Below, one piece after another: positions 9,930-19,860 of a stretch of 64,000 nt of DNA. The number at the start of each line of letters is the position of its first letter. Positions within the stretch are counted from its first letter, which is position 1. The notes under the pieces are model-generated. The model saw only the letters and a program-made list of their open reading frames with translations. It searched no databases and was not told where the DNA came from. The DNA is from an uncultured Acidobacteriota bacterium (GTDB taxonomy: Bacteria; Acidobacteriota; Blastocatellia; RBC074): contig CAVUOF010000001.1 of assembly GCA_963743045.1 (NCBI GenBank), positions 25,821 through 89,820 on the forward strand. Reading direction: 5' to 3'. The position numbers and the translations under genes were made by a program.

Positions 9930-10436
9930 ATGTTGATAATTCTTGGAGGTTTGCCGGGCGTCGGAAAGACGACAATTGCACGGGAACTGGCCCGTCAGAT
10001 CGGTGCGGTATATGTGCGGATCGACTCGATTGAGCAAGCGATCCGCGACTCTGGGACTCTCAGCCAGCCGGTTCATGACGCAGGATACCGCATCGGCTAT
10101 GCGATCGCCGAGGAAAACCTGCGTCTCGGCCTAACAGTTATTGCAGACTCGGTAAATCCAATCGCGCTGACTCGTGATGCCTGGGTGGCAGTTGCTAACC
10201 GTGCGAACGCATGCTCAATTGAAATCGAGGTCACGTGTTCCGATTCGACAGAACATCGCCGGCGTCTGGAAACGCGTAAAGACGATATTCCCGGATTGAG
10301 GCCCCTGTCCTGGCAAGAAGTAGTTACTCGGGATTACCAGCCATGGGACCGTGAGCGGGTTGTCGTAGATACTGCCGGGCGGAGTGTCGAGCAGATTGTG
10401 AAGATGCTTCGAGACGAACTCGTTCGATGGGATTGA
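9930..10436 (+). CDS. P-loop NTPase of the AAA_33 / small kinase family.
   Basis: Walker A at the N-terminus (MLIILGGLPGVGKTTIARELA). Length 168 aa. Confidence 0.5.
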   Translation: MLIILGGLPGVGKTTIARELARQIGAVYVRIDSIEQAIRDSGTLSQPVHDAGYRIGYAIAEENLRLGLTVIADSVNPIALTRDAWVAVANRANACSIEIEVTCSDSTEHRRRLETRKDDIPGLRPLSWQEVVTRDYQPWDRERVVVDTAGRSVEQIVKMLRDELVRWD

Positions 10437-10476
10437 TCACGATTCGGCCGTAGCCAAAGGATGAACTGCAAGACCA

Positions 10477-11211
10477 TGATCAATAGGAAGCGGATTATCG
10501 CCATTCTTGCCCTCACATGCCTGGCCTCCTCGGTCAGCGCAATAAGAGTTGCATCTCAACGCGTGAAGGAGGCCTCCTCCATGGGTCCGCGAAATCTGAC
10601 CTGTCGCCGATCGACCACGTCATCCTTGGCATAAACAACCTGAAGAACGGGATCGATGAGCTCGAGCGGCTCACGGGAGTCCGAGCGGTCTTCGGAGGAA
10701 CTCATCCGGACGGGGCACTCAGAACGCGCTGATCTCGCTCGGAGGCCGCCAATACCTGGAGATTCTGGCTCCAAACCCGGCCGACCGGGGCACAGGGGAA
10801 AACGATTACCTGCACGCGCTGAGTTCGCTCAAGGCCGTGGGTTGGGCAATCCATGAGGATGATCTGACTTCCCTGCAGCAGAGGCTGCGGGGACAGGGCG
10901 TTGAGATGGCAGAGATTCGCGCGGGAGCCAGGAATAGCCCGGACGGTACGCATCTGGCGTGGAAGAGCATGGGCTATGCAGCGGCCACCCGGCTGCTGCC
11001 GTTCTTCATTCAATGGGATCGTGCTACCACGCATCCGTCCGCGACTTCGCCTGCAGGATGCAAGCTGACCGGCCTTCTCCTGCAGGACCGCGACCCCGAC
11101 CGCCTTAGGAAGGCTCTTCTCGCGGCCAGGCTGAATGTGGAAGTGCGCGAAGCTCAGGACTCCGCCATACGGATCTCTCTGATCAGCCCCAAAGGCAACG
11201 TAAATTTCTAA
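10477..11211 (+). CDS. Secreted VOC/glyoxalase-like domain protein with two frameshifts.
   Basis: Signal peptide MINRKRIIAILALTCLASSVSA in frame 1. The Glyoxalase-like domain (IDHVILGINNL...AVFGGTHPDG | TQNALISLGGRQYLEILAPNP...AVGWAIHEDD...) is spread over two other frames. Confidence 0.45.
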
Positions 11212-11259
11212 GAACGCTACTCATCCACGAGTAGAGTATCTCTCGTGACATCGTAACCA

Positions 11260-11310
11260 GTACCCGCGCCAGACGGCGCGGGACGGGCAGGGACAAGCCC
11301 TGCCCCTACG
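11260..11310. repeat. Solo unit (F orientation) of MITE/REP family A: hairpin CCCGCGCC-AGAC-GGCGCGGG followed by the palindrome GGGCAGGG-ACAAG-CCCTGCCCCTAC.
   Basis: Sequence tacccgcgccagacggcgcgggacgggcagggacaagccctgcccctac, found immediately 3' of the eCIS fibre gene. Confidence 0.6.
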
Positions 11311-11344
11311 GTTGTCGCGGAGTGCGGCGTTAGCGAGCAGGATC

Positions 11345-13391
11345 TTATTGTGGCATCACCATTACAGGAATCTTGCCCTTGCCTTTATCTAACGATCCGA
11401 GTGCCTTGCCAATGATTGAACCGACGGCCTTGGCCGGCTCAAGGACTTTCTGCGCATGACCTTTGGTCGCGCTCGTCGTGAGCAGGTCGCCAATTGTGAT
11501 CGGGGCGATGTCGGCGTCTACCTTGCAGTGTGAGAATGCGCCCAGTGTGACCATCAGTCCGATCTGACCAGGTTGTACCTGTGTCCGCTCCAGCTTCTCC
11601 ATTTCTTCGGGAGTGAAGGCCAGCGGCGCAATCACCGTTTTTTTGGATTTTCTGCCGGTTTTGGGCCTGGTGTCTTCAACGCCTTCGGGCTGCTGACGCA
11701 ATTCGCCATGGACTTCGCAGACTACTCCGCAGACGCTTGTCTGATAAACACTCTGCGCCAGATCAACCTCTGGAATTGGGATGTTCTCGTGTTGACCATC
11801 ACGGAGCGTGGACTGGTTCTGGCCGATCACCACCACATCCCCCTCTTCCAGCGTCTCGCCAAGCTTGTTGATAAACTGATCAACGACGTAGCCGACCTTG
11901 CCGCCCTGGACCTTGAGGACGCCGGTTACAACCGTGGTGCCGGCTACGAGGGTCAGCTGCGGGACGGCTTGCCCGAACATGCCGGTTAGCAGGAACTCGG
12001 TGGCGTGACCGTTACCGGTCGAATTGAACGCCTCCAGCCACACTTTGTTGTCATTCGCGTTGTTGCCAGAATCAACATGCCGCCCCCGCTCCCCTCCAAT
12101 CCGAGCTTGATGCCATTATTCGATTTCACGTCGAATGGGCGAGTCGGGTTGGTTCCAATGCCAACATTGCCGCCGGTTTCGGCATTCAACAGAAGAGAAC
12201 CGTTTCCTCGCGCGAAGATCGACAAATTCTGGTTGGGAACCGAGCCGGTGGCATAGACGCTCGCATAGCCAATACCCACCCCCTGCGTCTCGTTATCGTG
12301 CCTGAATTCTGCTATCGGCTGTTTGTAGTTATCACCTTCGATGCGGTTGGCGGTGACCTTCAAGCCGATCGCGCTGTTAATCTGTTTGATGCGAAGCGGG
12401 GCGTCGGGAGTGGTGATCCCTATGCCAACTCTGCCGCCGCTTAGTGACATTGCCGCCCCCCCGGAAGTGAGGTCGAAATCAATCCGATCAAAGCCGGGAG
12501 CCTTGGCGCCACCGCCGAGATGCAGGATATTTGACTGATCCGCCGACAGAGCCAGTCTGGCTGCGCCAGCCGCGTCTTCAATGAGGAAGCCGCGATTATT
12601 GTCGAGCCTCATGTTGCCGCCACTGACGTGCAACTTGTCCTGCGGGGCACTTGTCCCGATACCAAGATTGCCGGTGAGGCGCAGGTTTTGTGCACTCAAG
12701 TCGGCTCCAACCTTGATGCCGCCATTGAGGTTGATGTCGCCAAGCACGCCAAACTTCCCACCACCAGCCCGCTGCTCAACGTCATCTGGCTGGCGCCACT
12801 GGCCGTCAATGTCGGCCATTGTGCGATGGGGAATGCCGGGCTGGACAGCCGCAGGCTGCGCACGGTGAGCGCGGCTTCGGAGTTATCGAATCCTGATGCT
12901 CCGGCCACTCTGCGCACCGAAAAGTCGAGCGCAATGTTCCCCTGGGCGTCCAGCACGACGCGCGCAAGCTGCACGGCGGTGGGATCAGGGGGAGTCCCGG
13001 TCGTCTCTTTGGCGGCGGCCAGCCGGAATGTCTCCTTGATCCGCGTATTCTGGGTGGTGTCAGAGGCGTATGGGTCGGTCGCCGTTGTATCGTAGCTGAT
13101 CGTGACCAGAGCAGAGGAATTCGGCGGGAAGAGCGTCGCATTGCTCAAGTCAATCTTCGTGTCGGCGTCGAGCACAACCTCCTGACCCAGGTTATCAATG
13201 GCCATGCCGGCTTTGACGGTCACCTCTTTCGCGCCGGTCTTGGACACATCCAGGCCCGTGGCGACGCCTGTTGTGTGCAGCGCCTGGTTATGACGACGGC
13301 GCATCTCCCTGTGATAACCCTGTTCGTCAGTGAAGTCCTTGAGCACGAGCAATTGCTGATCGAAGTACCGCATCCGTTTGATGTCGGCCAT
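11345..13391 (-). CDS. eCIS tail fibre (Afp13-like), three ORFs joined across two frameshifts.
   Basis: ORFs 12696..13391, 11986..12819 and 11345..12043 overlap end to end. The shaft has degenerate repeats (GNVGIGT..P...KLHV / GRVGIGITTPDAPL / GNLGIGTSAPQDKLHV). It is the last gene of the operon. Confidence 0.5.
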
Positions 13392-13419
13392 AGTGTTCTC
13401 CTTTTGACCCTTTTGGACC

Positions 13420-14097
13420 TTAGATGACCTCTTTACCGTCTTCCACTGCCTTGACGCCGATGAGCGTATCCTTGTCGATTGTGGATCGTTTTCCGATCTT
13501 CATCGTGTCCGATGCAATGATGAGCTCATAGCTGGTGTGCGCGGGCTTTTGCAGATCAATCAGTGCGCGCGCGGTCTGTTTTTGACGTTCCCTCTCTTTA
13601 TCGTCCGTTATCTTTCCGAGGTTCACTTTGACGCGGAAAAAATGGGCGGGTGGTTCGCCGATGCGTGTATCTTTGCCAATCGTCGAACGCATGCCTATCT
13701 GCATGGTAGCGATATCGCCTTCATCAATGGTCGGAGTCCCTATGGTGTAAATACCGAGCAGTTTGATGAGGTTCGCTTTCGTGCCTCGGCTGCGATAAAG
13801 CGGCACGAGGTCGGCCAGAAAATTCTTTTGCTGCTCAATATTCCAGTCGGCGCGCAGGCTGAGCGCCACCCATCCCGCCAGCCAGGGGAGAAACTCCTCG
13901 CGTGTTTCGTTGGGGTCAAACAAGGTGGCGATGCCGGCGATGGTCTCCTCCAACCCTTCGTGCGGCTCGCCTTTCGCGCCGGCTAATCCGGACAACACCT
14001 GTTCAAACGCGAGCAGGAACCGCCCCAGGAAGGGATCTTCGCTAAAGATGGAGGGCAGATATTGCAGGTAGCTGCCTGGGTTTGTGTCATTCGCCAT
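13420..14097 (-). CDS. Baseplate protein, phage P2 gpI-like (Tail_P2_I family).
   Basis: The N-terminus YLQYLPSIFSEDPFLGRFLLAFEQVL matches the Tail_P2_I signature. Confidence 0.55.
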   Translation of the reverse strand: MANDTNPGSYLQYLPSIFSEDPFLGRFLLAFEQVLSGLAGAKGEPHEGLEETIAGIATLFDPNETREEFLPWLAGWVALSLRADWNIEQQKNFLADLVPLYRSRGTKANLIKLLGIYTIGTPTIDEGDIATMQIGMRSTIGKDTRIGEPPAHFFRVKVNLGKITDDKERERQKQTARALIDLQKPAHTSYELIIASDTMKIGKRSTIDKDTLIGVKAVEDGKEVI

Positions 14098-14252
14098 GAC
14101 GTTCTTCCGGCCCTACCCGTTATGCGCCATTCACGATTTGGACCAATACCTCTCCGACTTTGACGAGCTCGAAAGGCTTCACTTCGATGCCGGCTTTGCC
14201 TGGCAACTCGCGGCCTGGAAAGTTCGCTGCAAGTTCGACCGAAGTGACGTAA

Positions 14253-15113
14253 TCAATGAATGGCGCCTGATCGAGCAGGGCAAAGATCCTCAGAGGTGAA
14301 GACGTTGCGTCCGAACGGCCAGCCTTGCCTGTTGCGCGAAGCGTCGGGCAGCGGGTCGAAGAAGTCTTCTATCGCTTCGAGGATCATATCCTCAATCCCC
14401 TCCTCCTTTTGGTCCGCTCTAAGCGCGACGGACGTTTTGATCGCCACTTCGACGAAGAATGGCTTGACCACGTGCAGTCGGGTAGTAACCAGCAGCCGGG
14501 GTGTAATGTGGTTGGTGACGTCGGACATAACGCCTGGTACATCCTCCGCCTTGACGCTGCTGTCGACGAGTACGATTACGCTGACATGGCCTTCGCGTTC
14601 GCCTTCCAGATCCATCTCCAGATTCTTACGCGGCTGACAGTAGGCGCGCGCCACACCCGCATTTGATTCCAGTGCAAGCGTTTCAAAATCCTGGCGCGAG
14701 ACCGCGTGCTGTAGTTTCCGTAGCCTGCGAATCGTAATGGGCACCTGCCGCGCGACCAGATCCCTCAGCTCGTCGTCGCTCAATCCATTCAGCCTTGCGG
14801 CGACGGCGGCCTTATCGACGGCAGAAAGCTCCCTTTCATCCAAGTCGTTGGGGTCGTCGGGGTCGTCGCTGAACGGGTCCCAGTTCGTCCCGTTGAGCAG
14901 CTTGAGGAATGAGAGAATGTTCCTCGATGTCACGCGGTTGACCCGGTAGATGGTCGCCTCGGTCAGAAAGGCGAAGAGTTCGACGAGTGTGATGCCCGGG
15001 TCCGACGGATTGTGGTTCGTCCATTGAGGCGCGTGGGTCGGAATCAATGCGAGCGCCTCTTGAACAAGGTCTTCGTAACTCCGGTCGTCGAGGTTGGGCA
15101 GCTGCAGTGACAT
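14253..15113 (-). CDS. Baseplate wedge protein, the small paralog with a Baseplate_J-type N-terminal motif.
   Basis: DRSYEDLVQEALALIPTHAPQWTNHNPSDPGITLVELFAFLTEATIYRVNRV resembles the N-terminus of gp6/gpJ-like baseplate proteins. Confidence 0.4.
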   Translation of the reverse strand: MSLQLPNLDDRSYEDLVQEALALIPTHAPQWTNHNPSDPGITLVELFAFLTEATIYRVNRVTSRNILSFLKLLNGTNWDPFSDDPDDPNDLDERELSAVDKAAVAARLNGLSDDELRDLVARQVPITIRRLRKLQHAVSRQDFETLALESNAGVARAYCQPRKNLEMDLEGEREGHVSVIVLVDSSVKAEDVPGVMSDVTNHITPRLLVTTRLHVVKPFFVEVAIKTSVALRADQKEEGIEDMILEAIEDFFDPLPDASRNRQGWPFGRNVFTSEDLCPARSGAIH

Positions 15114-15125
15114 TGGCTCTCTCTC

Positions 15126-18100
15126 TTATTCTTCCTCAAATTTCAAACTGATTTTGTGCGCGCCGGAGTAGACGAGAAAGCGGCCCGTCTTCTTGACGTC
15201 CGCTACCGCCGTCGCCGCGCTCAGCCCCAGGGTGCTGATGTCGGCGTCGTCAACCCTCTCATCAAGATTGAGAAGGTTGACATGATCCACACCAGGCGTC
15301 GATTCGATCAGCGCGTACAGGTCTGATAAATGCGGCTCGCGGCCGAAGTCCCAGCCCATGCCGTCCAGCCCGCCAGTCATCGGGTGCAGAAACGCTGCCA
15401 GCGACTGCTGCACGGCCAGTTCGACTGCACTCGCGCCCGCGAGCGAGACCACCGCCACCTCCACTTCGACATCCACGCGGAGGTAGAGCGGCCCGGTCAC
15501 CCAGACGTGCGCCGTCAGCGTGGAGCGCGAATCGAGGTATGCCTGCACACGTTTGATCAGTTCCAGGCTCGGCAGAGGCTTCACTGCAGTAGACCGCGGA
15601 ACGACGATCACGCTGACCTGGCCGCGAAGGCCGGGCAAACGGCTCAGGGGATCAACCGGAACATTTCGATCCAGCGGGTCGCTCGCCAGATTCCGCAGCG
15701 GTATGCACCTGGCGCGCGCAACTTCGGGCGAAGCCAGCAATGCGACGTCTTCAAAGTCTTCGACCGTGACCGCGCGGCCATTGTGCCGGATCGACCGCGG
15801 CGCGCGTTCGATCAACGAGCCGAGGGACTCGGCGTCGGCCCCGCCAGCAGCCGCTTCGTAATTCGTCACCTTATCAACATAAGGCACGGTGGTCTTGAGC
15901 TGCACGATTGCGCCCACAGGCCGATTGCCCGCGTCTCCGCCGCCAGTGCGATATTCCGTCAGCCTTAGATTGCCTGCGCCTACCGGCGGGATCAGCCCGG
16001 CGAGTCCGTCGCCGAACCGAATCTCGCCCGTCAGATGATCGAGCCCGTAATGCCGGTCGCGCGGACCCGAACCGTAAAAGTCCGTCGTCTCCAGCCACTG
16101 CACCCAAACCTCGCGCGGGCGCCCCGCCTCGTCGGGCACAATGGTGATCGCCTCCTCGCCTCCGTACTCCATGACGGCATGCTGTTCAGCGGCCGAAGGC
16201 AATTCCGGTTCACGCACTTCCAATCGCGGCCCCTCCAGGATCGGCGCGCGCGTGGCGCGGAACTTCTGGTTCTTGCTGCCGTCGCTTGAGCCCAGAACCT
16301 CATTGCGCAGGGTGACGGATTGTGTCGCCATCGTCGTGTTGAGCAGGACGCGGCGTGCCCTCGGCTTGAACGGATAGGTGCCACTCTCCCATCGCACGCG
16401 CAGCCAATGGCGCAGGAGGCCAAAATCCTCGCGCGCGGCGAAATCGGCAGGTGGCAGGAATTCAACCAATCCTGAGTGGTCCAGCGCCCCGCTGTCGTCA
16501 CCTACGACCAGCTTGTCCCAGAGCAAGCCATTCCAGCACTCCCACACCAACTTTGGCCGTTCAGTCGACATGGCTGAGGCGGCGCCGTAGAGCGGCTCGA
16601 CCAGGCTGAAAAAGAGACTGATGGCGCCTTGCGTAAAATCGCTTCCGGTGGGCAGGTTGAAACCGAAGTAGACCGTGGGACTCGTCTCTCCGCCCACAAC
16701 CGTTTCATCGATTGTGCGGAAAGGCTTCAGCACTACTGTCGAAGTCCCGGTGCCAGGATCGGGCACGCCGGGAACGGGAGGGTCGAAAAGGAAATTGTTG
16801 TAGGCGCACATGACCTCCTGCCCACCAGTCTTGCTTCCTGTATATGAGATCTTCAGCGACCCGATGATTGGCGGCGCGAAGGTCTCAGGCGTCAGAAAGA
16901 ACCCTTTCCTGGCGTCATTCGGGTCATTGAGAGTGTAAAACGCCGCTTTGCCGTAATTGCCGCCGGCGAGCCGCACACGCAGCCAGGAGCCGCCAATTCC
17001 GTTCAGCTCAATCGGGACAGAGGGCGCCGGCAGCCGCAGGAAGACCTTCCCCGATTGCGTCAGACTGGCGGTGTTGTCTTGCACCTCGCCAGCTTGCGGC
17101 TCGCCTGGGACCGGGGCCGGCGCCTGGTTCAATGCCTGCCAGGCCTTTCCATTCCAGAATTCCCATGCCAGGACGGGTTTGGCGTTACCCGGTAAATCCC
17201 GGTCGGCTTTTGTAATGGCGATGTCGAGAGCAATCTTCAAGCCGGGTTGAGAGAACGCCTCACTCTGCGCGATCAGCCAGGCGTCGCCAAGTTTCGGTCT
17301 CTCGCCGAAGGGAAAGAACGCCTTGCTGGTGTCGAGCTGGAGCTGGTCGTTAAACGAATGCTCCGCTGTGACATCGCCGCTGATTGCACCGGTCAGTTGG
17401 AGCGAGTTGATCGACGGAAGTTGCCCGAAGCGGACTTTGCCAACTTGCTTGACGTCGACTAGTGTTATCGGCGTGAGCAGTCGCCCGCGTATCCAGCGGC
17501 TCTCCAATCCCGCCACTTTACTGAGCGGGATGGAATCGAGCGCGCCGAAACTGATTGTCTGCTTTGCGTCAGTCGTACTGGTCGTCTGAGGGGTTGAGCC
17601 GATACTGCTCCAGCCAGCACCGTCCCAGTGTTCCCACTGAATAGCCATTTCGTCCTGTACAACGCGGTCGAAGCCTATCTCCAACTTCACATTCTGGAGA
17701 CCAGGCGGCGCGAAGAATGCGCTGTCGCCGATATAGAGGATGTGATCGATCGGTATCTGGCCTTCGAGGAGCGGCTCGCCATCCGTCGCAGGCGCGGAGA
17801 CGAGCAGGCTGTAATCCGAGTATTTGTCTGCTTCCGGATCACGCGTGAAGACCACGTCCAGTTGCGCCGCCGTGACCACCAGCTCGCGCTCTGTTTCGTA
17901 AATAACCGGCTGCGTCTCGCCTTCGGCGGGCGGCGCCGCGACCTGAGTACCAGCGGGCACGACGCCGCTCACCGGGCTGCCCGCGGCCAGTGAAAAAGTC
18001 AGCGGCGCGCGTGCCGGTTGTGGCGGCAGCAGCGAAGCTCCGAGCAGGTCCAGGAAAGCCAGAAAGTTCTTCCGCGGCGCCTCGTTGAGGCGCTGGATGA

Positions 18101-18260
18101 TGATCTCGGAGTAACGAGCAAAGATCGCGATCAATGCAGCCGCGAGGGGATCGGCGGCGTCCGCATTCCATTCCGGCGTGAAATCACGGAGCAGCGCGCG
18201 CACCTGCGCGGCCACTTCGACCGCCGTGCGCGAATCAATCTTCGGAGCCTTCGGAATCAT
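15126..18260 (-). CDS. Large baseplate wedge protein, Baseplate_J-like (gp6/Afp11-12-like).
   Basis: 1044-aa protein. The N-terminus AAQVRALLRDFTPEW...NFLAFLDLLG and a C-terminal baseplate-J-like region are present. It is translationally coupled to the gp25-like gene (stop and start overlap at 18260). Confidence 0.6.
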   Translation of the reverse strand: MIPKAPKIDSRTAVEVAAQVRALLRDFTPEWNADAADPLAAALIAIFARYSEIIIQRLNEAPRKNFLAFLDLLGASLLPPQPARAPLTFSLAAGSPVSGVVPAGTQVAAPPAEGETQPVIYETERELVVTAAQLDVVFTRDPEADKYSDYSLLVSAPATDGEPLLEGQIPIDHILYIGDSAFFAPPGLQNVKLEIGFDRVVQDEMAIQWEHWDGAGWSSIGSTPQTTSTTDAKQTISFGALDSIPLSKVAGLESRWIRGRLLTPITLVDVKQVGKVRFGQLPSINSLQLTGAISGDVTAEHSFNDQLQLDTSKAFFPFGERPKLGDAWLIAQSEAFSQPGLKIALDIAITKADRDLPGNAKPVLAWEFWNGKAWQALNQAPAPVPGEPQAGEVQDNTASLTQSGKVFLRLPAPSVPIELNGIGGSWLRVRLAGGNYGKAAFYTLNDPNDARKGFFLTPETFAPPIIGSLKISYTGSKTGGQEVMCAYNNFLFDPPVPGVPDPGTGTSTVVLKPFRTIDETVVGGETSPTVYFGFNLPTGSDFTQGAISLFFSLVEPLYGAASAMSTERPKLVWECWNGLLWDKLVVGDDSGALDHSGLVEFLPPADFAAREDFGLLRHWLRVRWESGTYPFKPRARRVLLNTTMATQSVTLRNEVLGSSDGSKNQKFRATRAPILEGPRLEVREPELPSAAEQHAVMEYGGEEAITIVPDEAGRPREVWVQWLETTDFYGSGPRDRHYGLDHLTGEIRFGDGLAGLIPPVGAGNLRLTEYRTGGGDAGNRPVGAIVQLKTTVPYVDKVTNYEAAAGGADAESLGSLIERAPRSIRHNGRAVTVEDFEDVALLASPEVARARCIPLRNLASDPLDRNVPVDPLSRLPGLRGQVSVIVVPRSTAVKPLPSLELIKRVQAYLDSRSTLTAHVWVTGPLYLRVDVEVEVAVVSLAGASAVELAVQQSLAAFLHPMTGGLDGMGWDFGREPHLSDLYALIESTPGVDHVNLLNLDERVDDADISTLGLSAATAVADVKKTGRFLVYSGAHKISLKFEEE

Positions 18261-18697
18261 CAGCCTGCGCTTCTCTCGAGATAGAACGGATAAACCAGGT
18301 TAAAGACGTTGTTGGTTGCGCGCGCCTCGTAGTCGATACTGATAAGCAAGGTTTCGCCGTTATCGCCCGATTCAACCCGTACATCGCGCACATCAATACG
18401 AGGCTCATGCAGGAGCAGCGCATCGCGCACCTCTTGCGCAATGCGCCCGGACGTGGCGGGCGAATTCAACTCAAAGACCATATCGTAAATGCCGCAGCCG
18501 AAATCCGGACGCATCACGCGTTCGCCTTTGGACGTTCCGAGAACGATCCAAATGGACTGGCGCAGGCTCTCTTCCTCCTCTTCGTAGGCCGCCATCAGGA
18601 TCGCGCCCTTGTCATCCAATCTCACGCCGGGCTTGCTGTCAGGATCGTTTGGGTCGGTGTCGAAAGCCCAACCCACACCGAGGAAGGATTTCGTCAT
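18260..18697 (-). CDS. gp25-like baseplate wedge protein (GPW_gp25; Afp9-like).
   Basis: 145-aa protein with the motif SIWIVLGTSKGERVMRPDFGCGI. Confidence 0.7.
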   Translation of the reverse strand: MTKSFLGVGWAFDTDPNDPDSKPGVRLDDKGAILMAAYEEEEESLRQSIWIVLGTSKGERVMRPDFGCGIYDMVFELNSPATSGRIAQEVRDALLLHEPRIDVRDVRVESGDNGETLLISIDYEARATNNVFNLVYPFYLERSAG

Positions 18698-18721
18698 ATC
18701 TGCTCCCCTTGCTGCGGACAG

Positions 18722-19111
18722 TCAACCGATGAGCACCGTTCCGGCAGCGACGACCTGTCCGACAGGCAAGTCCGCCGGATCGTTGCATGTCTCGGCGACA
18801 TCTCCATTGCGCGCCGCCATCTTGCCGTTGATCTTGACGGTCGGGCTGCCGAACTTGATCGTGCCTTTGTTGGCGGGCGGTGCTTGAAATGAGGACCCGG
18901 GCGACGTCGGAATGTGCGCGGGCGAATTGTCGGCCGTGCTCTCCACCGTAGCCGCCGGTCTCCCCATGATGTTGACATTGTGGCTGAGGTTACCGTTGAT
19001 CACGCCTGTGAATGAATGCAGGAGCGGTGACTGTGACGGCCCCGGCACAATCACGATATGCGTGTCGTTCGCTTCAATCCGATCTCCCTGTTTAGCCGCC
19101 GGCTTTCCCAT
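18722..19111 (-). CDS. PAAR-domain spike tip protein (Afp10-like).
   Basis: MGKPAAKQGDRI...HIVIVPGP...GSPTVKINGKMAARNGDV: PAAR-like beta-strands with conserved G/P. Confidence 0.65.
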   Translation of the reverse strand: MGKPAAKQGDRIEANDTHIVIVPGPSQSPLLHSFTGVINGNLSHNVNIMGRPAATVESTADNSPAHIPTSPGSSFQAPPANKGTIKFGSPTVKINGKMAARNGDVAETCNDPADLPVGQVVAAGTVLIG

Positions 19112-19188
19112 AGTATTTGGCCCTGGTGGTTTGCGACGTTGAAGATGAGTGGTTGCGATACAGTTGCTGACTGTCAACCACCGGCCAC

Positions 19189-19860
19189 TCAATTGATATT
19201 GACCATTGAGCCTTTGATCGTCATGGTGGACGAGGCTTTGGCCTCCATCTGGCCACTGGCCTTGAGGGACAGATTGGAGCCTGCTTCAATCTTCGTGTCG
19301 ACGGAAGACCTGAGTTGGATCTCCTTTGCATCGAGTTTGATCGTGCCATTGCTGGCGGCCAGCGTGATGTCCTTTTCGCTGGTGATCGTGATCGTGTTCT
19401 TCGACGTGTCAATGAGGATGCTGTTCTTCTTACTCTTGTCCGTTATCTCAATCGTCTCTTTGCCTGCCTCGTCGTTGAGTTTGATCGTGTGGCCGCTGCG
19501 TGATTTGATCAGCCGGATGCTGTTCTTTCCATCGTCGTTTTTCGCGGGCGGGGTGTCCTTGCCGTTCCACAGCCCGCCGATGACGTAGGGGGAACGCGCG
19601 TCCCCATGCTCAAAGGCGACCAGCACTTCGTCGTCCACCTCGGGCAGAAAGTACGCGCCACGATCTTTGCCGGCCATCGGCGCTGCGACGCGCGCCCAAT
19701 CGCTTTCGTCCGCGTCGCTGAGCCACGGGAGTTTGACTTTCACGCGGCCCAGCCCTTCCGGGTCCTTGTTATTGGTGACGATGCCAACGGCCACGCCAAA
19801 GATGGGGCGTAACGCGGCCTCATGGGCCTCGGCGTCGAGCAAGGTGTCAAAGAGACTCAC
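19189..19860 (-). CDS. gp5-like spike (OB-fold plus beta-helix), the C-terminal half of a VgrG/Afp8 equivalent, encoded as a separate gene.
   Basis: GTG start preceded by an AGGAGG RBS, with the overlap tcGTGAgt at 19857-19860. Sequence IFGVAVGIVTNNKDPEGLGRVKV...SPYVIGGLWNGKD is followed by a Ser/Thr/Lys-rich beta-helix repeat region (TIKLDAKEIQLRSS...). Confidence 0.6.
   Translation of the reverse strand: MSLFDTLLDAEAHEAALRPIFGVAVGIVTNNKDPEGLGRVKVKLPWLSDADESDWARVAAPMAGKDRGAYFLPEVDDEVLVAFEHGDARSPYVIGGLWNGKDTPPAKNDDGKNSIRLIKSRSGHTIKLNDEAGKETIEITDKSKKNSILIDTSKNTITITSEKDITLAASNGTIKLDAKEIQLRSSVDTKIEAGSNLSLKASGQMEAKASSTMTIKGSMVNIN

Noticed and set aside
15330-18171. Long plus-strand ORFs (15330..15968, 16031..16501 minus-strand alternative frames, 17839..18171) inside the baseplate gene.
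   Set aside because: They are R/A/P-rich, lie antisense or off-frame to a well-supported 1044-aa baseplate ORF, and look like typical high-GC shadow ORFs.
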